Source: Chrysomallon squamiferum | Taxonomy: Eukaryota; Animalia; Mollusca | Length of the DNA stretch: 64,000 nucleotides | Direction: 5' to 3' | NCBI GenBank assembly: GCA_012295275.1 | Contig: CM022679.1 | Span: 10,788,001-10,852,000, forward strand | Part shown: positions 56,781 to 64,000 of the stretch, piece by piece | How positions within the stretch are numbered: the first letter of the stretch is position 1 | Layout: each line of letters begins with the position of its first letter | Translations under genes and position numbers: made by a program | Notes under the pieces: model-generated | Told to the model about the DNA's origin: nothing | What the model saw: only the letters and a program-made list of their open reading frames with translations | Databases searched by the model: none

Positions 56781-59100
56781 CTGTAAATGACAGGAATTTA
56801 TTTGATGCTATTTTTCAGTTTTTTGAAGAGAGACACAAAATTGCAAAGCGTTTTGTTCATTTGCGTTGTACTGAACTTTATTGTGTTGTAACATACTGCT
56901 TTGTAGTTTGTAGCTTTGTGTAGCTTTGTTCCGTTTTGTGTTTTTGTGTTATGTTGTGTATTACCGTGTTGTGTTGTGCTGTGTTGTATTGTGTAGTGTC
57001 ATGTCATATCGTATAATAATGCTATTATACTACGTTCATTTTGTCGTGTTGAGTTACGCCGTTTTCTGTTGTGTCGTATCATATGTTACTTCATCTCACT
57101 GTATTTTGTTGTATTAGGCTGAGATGTATTATTCTGAGATGCATACCACTGTACTTTATTTTGTTACTCTGTATTGCGTTTTGTTATATTGTAATTTATT
57201 TTATTGTATTGTAATGAATCATGCCGAATATTAATGATATTATATGCATAGCCTTTTTAATGGATTTTATATACCTTGTCATTTCTTATCTTTTACTGCT
57301 TTATCGAAATACTGTATATGGTTAAGCATGACGCTGGACTGTTTAGTATAATATTGTATCTTACAGTGCACTGTAGTATGGCTGGGTACTAATTTAAAAC
57401 AATAACATGTGAGACCCGTGTTGTTTTCGTTTCAGATAAATGGATTTCCAGCCTAATGCATTAGTCTCAGTTAATTACTAAATGTAGTGAGCTGATAATT
57501 TACGATAACGAGTATATTCAGTCTTTCATTGTTTTCTCTCGTTATAACTATTGCTGCATGATGTATTATTATAACAATTGTATGTACTTTATTGTCTATG
57601 GAAAATTGGGTATAAACGATCACTGAATGGCAAAAGGACTTTGATGCCTATCATACGATATTATAAAATATTTTCTATTTGTTGTTATTAAATAAATAAG
57701 TGAATAAATAAATAAATAAACAAACAAAATAAATAAAATAAAAATAAATAAAACAAACAACAAAACAAACAACAACAAACAAAAACAACAAAAACAACAT
57801 CTAAAACAACAACAACACAACAACAACAGTAACAACAACAACTACAACAGTAACAATGAAGCAAAACATTTAAGTAATACATGTAAATGGTTCAATAATA
57901 ATATTATCAGATTACATTGTTAAAATGATTTTATTGTAAACGTCTTAAGAAACCAACAAAGACTGGAATCTATGAAACACGAAACTGATTACTTGTAATA
58001 AATCTAACTTTTATGTGTTTAGCTTTGGGAAATTCATAAATATTTATTTAACTTGATCACATAATAAAGTCTGAAAAAGTTGACTGATTATTGTGGGGTT
58101 TAGTACTATTAAGTTTTGGTAATATTTTTTTTTATTAGGTGCACGTAAAACTTAATAGTTTCATGTTTATTTATATGGCAGTTATTTTGTATTATCATGT
58201 TATTTTATAGTCACAGAATAAAAAAAGTTTTAATTATTATTATTGTTATTATCATTATTATTATTATTTGTTGTTCTTGTTGTTGTTAAAATAAAATAGA
58301 AATAAACCGAAATGATCCTAAAAAATTAAATAATAACAATAAAACAAATAAAACAAATAATAATAGTCATATAAAATCAAATAAAATATAAAGTTTTGTT
58401 CCCCAGGAATATATTTTAAATTAACTGATACTTTCCTGGATTTACTGCTCCGAAGATCGGAAAATACGTGACACTCTAGAATTATTACAAGAATTGATCC
58501 GTTTACAGGGACACATCAAAACCATTAAAAATTCATCAGAATCTGAGAATCTTGATATTTACTGAAATAAAATTCTAGTAAGCTGAAACAGTCGGTACTA
58601 ATGTAGGTCTGATATATTTGCGCTGCAGTGTAATTGTAACTGGAAATGGAAGTCGATAGTTTTGAAACTGTTACAAACATACTTTCAGTCTTCTTGAAGA
58701 GAACACATACGTATTACGTAGACATGAAATGGGTAAAGACGGATACAGTTTGATAATGAAAAATTAGCTGATGAATAACTACAATGAAAAATGAAGAAAT
58801 AAAGACTAGAGAAATGAAAGGATGATATAACAACAGAAAGATTCCAAGAACTAACAACAAAGAATGAATGAACAAATGAACGAATACAGAAATGTATGAA
58901 TAATTAAATGAAAAAAAACTAATGAACCCCTCCTTGAATAAATGAATGAAAAAACAAATGAATTAATGACTAAAAAACCAGTGTTATAATTTTAGTTATT
59001 AATGAATGATAGTACATATTTTTTTATGTTATGTAAGATTATATTATCATTTTTTTATGCCGAAGAATGAAAGATAAATAGAATAAATGGATGACTATCT

Positions 59101-59235
59101 TTTTAAATTGAACAAATTGATGAACATTACTTTAATTTGAATAAATTGACAAACATCACTTTAAATTGATTAAACTGAAGAAAATCACTTTAATTTGAAT
59201 AAATTGATGAACATCACTATAAACTGAATAAACAA
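59101..59235 (+). repeat. Degenerate 29-bp tandem repeat, about 5 copies
   Basis: Units resembling tttaatttgaataaattgatgaacatcac. Confidence 0.75.
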
Positions 59236-60474
59236 ACAACATTAATGTAGTTTAATAGACTTTATTGCCCATTATTACATTGACGCGGGAAACACGGAAA
59301 GGTACGTACAAACATATTAACCGTCAAATGTACACATTTCATAACTTGACTTAAACAAAATCGTAATAATATCAATAAATAAATATAATTTTTTTTTTAA
59401 AAAGATTAATTATAATATTTATTTACTTTTTGTTTTTGTGATTTTCTTACTTTCTCTTTTACTGCGTTTTTGTTCGATTGCTTTTTTTTTTGTCATTTTT
59501 TTTTTCTTTTTTTTTTAATTTTCCATTTTGCTTGACTTGTTTTGATAATAACAATGTGTGGTTTTGTGAATATGCTTATACACTGACGTACATGTATCTG
59601 TGTGGGAGAGAAATACGATTAAATCATTCCCATAAGAGAGGTAGATATTAAGCGCTGGATAGAAACTCTGGAAAACAAAAACCGGACAGTCAGACGAACT
59701 GTGTCTACATAGTTTCAAACTGGAGCAAACTGTTCTCAACTTGAACTCCGTTATTATCAGTTCACGTAAAAAAAATCACCAATGTCCTGTTACGATCCTA
59801 TACTGAACATCTCCAAATCTACGACAAGTAACACGCTGACTCCCCTATTTAAATAATAACCTGACTAACAAAATAACACGTTATTCCACATAACAAACTC
59901 GAAAACGTCTAAAGAGCTACATAACTGTATAATATTCTCTACTAGGAGTGGAAACAGGAGGAGTGGTTTGTGCATATCGATTAGAATATACGTCATAATG
60001 TCTGATGAATATAAATAAATTTATTTTTTGCATTTTGAAAAAAAAAAAAAAAAATTAAAAAGAAGAATTAAAAAATTCTGGATGTAGCCAACTTTCTCGA
60101 TGCAGCCAACTTTCTGGGTGGAGGTCCAGAGAAGACAGAATTTTTAGCAGGTTTCAAACATGGAAAGATGTTGACGTCGTTTGATAAAGTCTGTTCACAC
60201 TCTTTGTGCTTACATAGAAAGGTGCACACACAGCGTCGGGTTGAGTCATTCTGGCTAAATTTCCATCATGAACTTGTAAAACTCTGCAAAACGAAAAAAA
60301 ACAGAAAACACACGTGTGTTTTCAATACATGTCAAATAATAGTAATAATTATTAAATATCAAATAATACGAAACCTTTGTACATTAAAAATGAATTTAAC
60401 ACATAATTAGTGGAATAATGTTTGAATGTTTGATTATCATGTTTATATATGTACGTATACAGGTGTACATACAA

Positions 60475-60509
<35 letters not shown>

Positions 60510-60601
60510 TATGTGTGTGTGTGTATGTATGTATACATACATACGTACGTAAAATACACGTATACAAAAACATGCATACATAATACGAACATACATACAT
60601 A

Positions 60602-60642
<41 letters not shown>

Positions 60643-62743
60643 CATTATCTAGAACTTAAATGTAAAGTTGGCAGGGTTCTTTCAATTAGTCTGCTAATTA
60701 TTAGTAAACATTTAAACAGCAATTATGTCACACAAGTGCAAGACAGAAGTAAAATGAACCTGCATGTAAAAAAGCGACGATCCTCAGTTTGGCAAAGAAG
60801 ATACACATAAACTCTAATAACGTGCAAAAGCAAAGTCCTCTGAAGTGTTAGCTTAAAGTTTAAACAAGACACCTAAGCAATCCTTTCATGTCCGAATCAA
60901 TTCGCGTGAATACCGTTTATGTAATCTAATAAAAGAAGCATAAAATAAGTGAACCAATTACGTTTCCTTCAACGTAATTGTTATTTCTTCCGGCTGCAAA
61001 GCCCGGGCCATTCGCCGTGTTGTTTCACGTGCAATTCTGTATTGACTCAGGTAACATGCCTTCACAGCTGCACGGATATTATTACGTTTTCTCCTTCGTT
61101 TTCCGTTCGTTTTACGGGCGAGTTTTGGCTGTGGTATCTCTCTTTGTTTAGCCATTCTGAAATCTTTCAGCGCTAACAACCCATAGAGCAGGATTATTGA
61201 AATCCAGTCTGGTTTATAAGTTCTTGCTGTGTTGGAGGAAAAAAAATTAAAAATTAAATAAAAGCTAAGAATTCTTTGAAAGGAGGTGTTTCTGATAAAT
61301 GTAGGCGATTGTGGTCATAAAAGTCCTTTTCTTATCCATTTCCTTTATTTTTCAGTCTCTTATCTCTCTGTATGCCTGTCTGTCTGTCTACCTGGCAGCC
61401 TTTCTCTCTATCTCTCACATATACACACACACACATTGTGACAAAATACTTAAAATGTCTTTGCAGTAAGAAAATAAAATGATGTGAACACTTATGAATA
61501 GTATCTTGGCAAAAAGGTCTGAAATACAGATAAAAGATATAAACCACAATGTATTAAAATAAAACATTATCTTTTAAAATTCTAGAACAGTTCACGAGTC
61601 AAAGTTATAAAGAATATATATATATAACTTAACTTAATTCAAAAAAAAAAAAAATGAAGAAGAAGACGACGAATACACAGAGGTATTTAGAACACTGATA
61701 AAAATGTGTATTAGATTTTTCAGATAAATTATCATTTTCAAGCTAAACACACGCATGGTATTTAGATTTGTGGATCATCTCAAGAAACCATCAGCACCAC
61801 ATCATCTTATCTTCGACAACTTTCAATAAACTTTCATCCAGATGAAAACCTTTTGCTATCTCCGCAACAGGTGTACCCAGCCCCGTTGTTGATGTACAGA
61901 CATCGCCGACCACGTAGCTGTCGTGATTATCTAACGCAGACTCTCGTCTTCTAAGAAACCGCAGAGAGCAAATAAAAACAGTTTTGTAAACACGGGGTTT
62001 TATTTTCAGCTAAATTTCTTGATTCGTGTTACAGAAATATCTCCCACCCCACCCAAATCGCGTCTAGAACAAAGCTAGGTAAATAAAGTATATAGTTTTG
62101 ATTTATTTTTCATTTTCATCAACATTGTGATATACACATTATACATTCCTGTGAGAAGAAAAGAAAAAAAAAGGAAATAGAACGTTGATGTAGGTCCGAT
62201 TTTTTTTTTTTGAATTGGGATATATTTTCATCATGATGACTTATATAGAGATTATAAGATAGGTAACATACGAATAACGGGATCATGAAAATGTACATGA
62301 TGAAAGAATCTAGGCGCACAGGTAAGCAGAAATAACAGGATCTATCAGAGTAATTATGAAATTAAAACAAACATTAACAATCATTTTGAAAGCGAGCTCT
62401 ATCACATGATGTAAATATCGGTTATATCGGCTAATGGTTACACGATCAATCTACGCCAGTAAGTCAAAAGAAACATATCCCGTTCCAGCCAGAGCGCCAA
62501 GACTGATGTTAGAAAATAGTATTATATGAAAGTAATTAAATAAAATACATGGCTAACAAACGGGATTTAAACATGAGCCAGATAAGTAAATAAAATTTGC
62601 TTTGTTTTTACTTTTCAAAGTCCTGTCGACGAAAAAGAGAATAAGAAACTTCAACTGATTAGTTTTCATTCTCAACATTGTAACAAAAAGCTTTTATGCA
62701 AGACAATGGTCGGAATCGGAAGGCGAATTGCAAATTATACTTT

Positions 62744-62899
<156 letters not shown>

Positions 62900-64000
62900 T
62901 CTAATTTTGCGTACGCTTTGCTCTGAGATTTAGTTACCCGATTTAAAAACATACTGAATACACGCACATTATTGTAAATTTAAAGTTATAATTTTTCAAT
63001 AACACATTTGTTTTCTATATTGAGATTCTTGATGCAGAAAATGCTCTGAACTACTAGTATACCCATTCATTTAAACCTCCATATGTATGCATGTATGTGT
63101 GTACATATTTGTATGTGTTTTTGTTTATACATATTTGGTTGTGTGTATGTCCATACGTTATAGGTATATGTGTATGTGTATAAATATTTGAATGTGTGTG
63201 TATACGTATGTATTTGTTTGAGTATATATAGATACATAGTTTTATGCATATACGCTTATATATATATATATATAGTAATGAGTGACTGTTTGTAATTGTG
63301 GATGTTTATGTACAAGGATATATTTATGTAAGCGCAAGACTCAAGTTTTCGATTCAAAAGCACACTTACATGATTCAGTTCACATAACTAATAAAACAAG
63401 TTTTGTATATTTTATAAACACAATCTGAACAACGAAGACTCCGAAATTTTTCAATTAATCTTCGCAAACCTGGAAACAGTACAAGCACCATCATCTATTA
63501 ACATGTCAGCTGCCAACAGGCATCATACAGGTACAGTTAAATGAAGCAGTTATAAACTTTAAGCGAACAGGAGGCAATTCAAGCGTGCTAGACTACCTGT
63601 CTTACTAGCACGGAGCAAGCAGAAAACACATGCTAAATGCATATCTACCTCACAGCTGTACATTTTATTACCGATCCATAACATGGTTAATTCGAACAGG
63701 AGAATAATAATTGTATTTACTGACATGCTGCAGACATGCCTGTCCGTTTCAGGTATTGTGTGGTTGTCATAAATCATTTGTTTCTGTAACGTCCCTGTTT
63801 TCAGTAATATGCTTGGTTTTTTTGTGTTTTTTTTACAGCGGCCTTCGTCTTAGTTGATATCACGTAAAGAATTGGTCAGATGGTCATACAGATCATAAGG
63901 AATAAATATAAATGATACATTTGTATGAATATGAGAGAAAGATGAAAGAGAGTGAGACAGAAGGACACAGAGAAGGAGAGAGAAACAAAGAGAAGGAGAG

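Noticed and set aside
60949-61179. Basic 73-aa minus ORF and 75-aa plus ORF in a GC-elevated patch
   Set aside because: No recognisable motif or convincing splice-site pair; possibly regulatory DNA.

Overview
AT-rich, microsatellite-dense, intron-rich animal genomic DNA, most likely a mollusc and possibly a gastropod. This assignment is inferred from the troponin C sequence and from short repeat fragments. Nearly all ORFs in the supplied track are artefacts of simple repeats. One protein-coding gene can be fully reconstructed by hand: a minus-strand molluscan-type troponin C (TnC, about 32.9-45.6 kb, 150-152 aa, four EF-hands with only site IV canonical). It has two in-frame alternative starts (M| and MSL|) and two 26-nt alternative terminal coding exons (EFKNLMTS* and EFYKLMMG*), both completing the split Glu-12 codon of EF-hand IV. 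Further left on the same strand are three candidate first-coding exons that all end in phase-0 donors (20.6, 14.4 and 8.7 kb), suggesting a second multi-promoter gene whose body lies beyond the left edge. The window also holds a decayed L2/CR1-type LINE RT fragment (55.2-55.6 kb), adjacent 73-bp and 43-bp minisatellite arrays with an inverted orphan monomer, a MITE-like hairpin, local duplications and a cluster of TGACGTCA motifs. No prokaryotic features, CRISPR arrays, tRNA or rRNA were seen. All coordinates and translations were read by eye without alignment or database tools.
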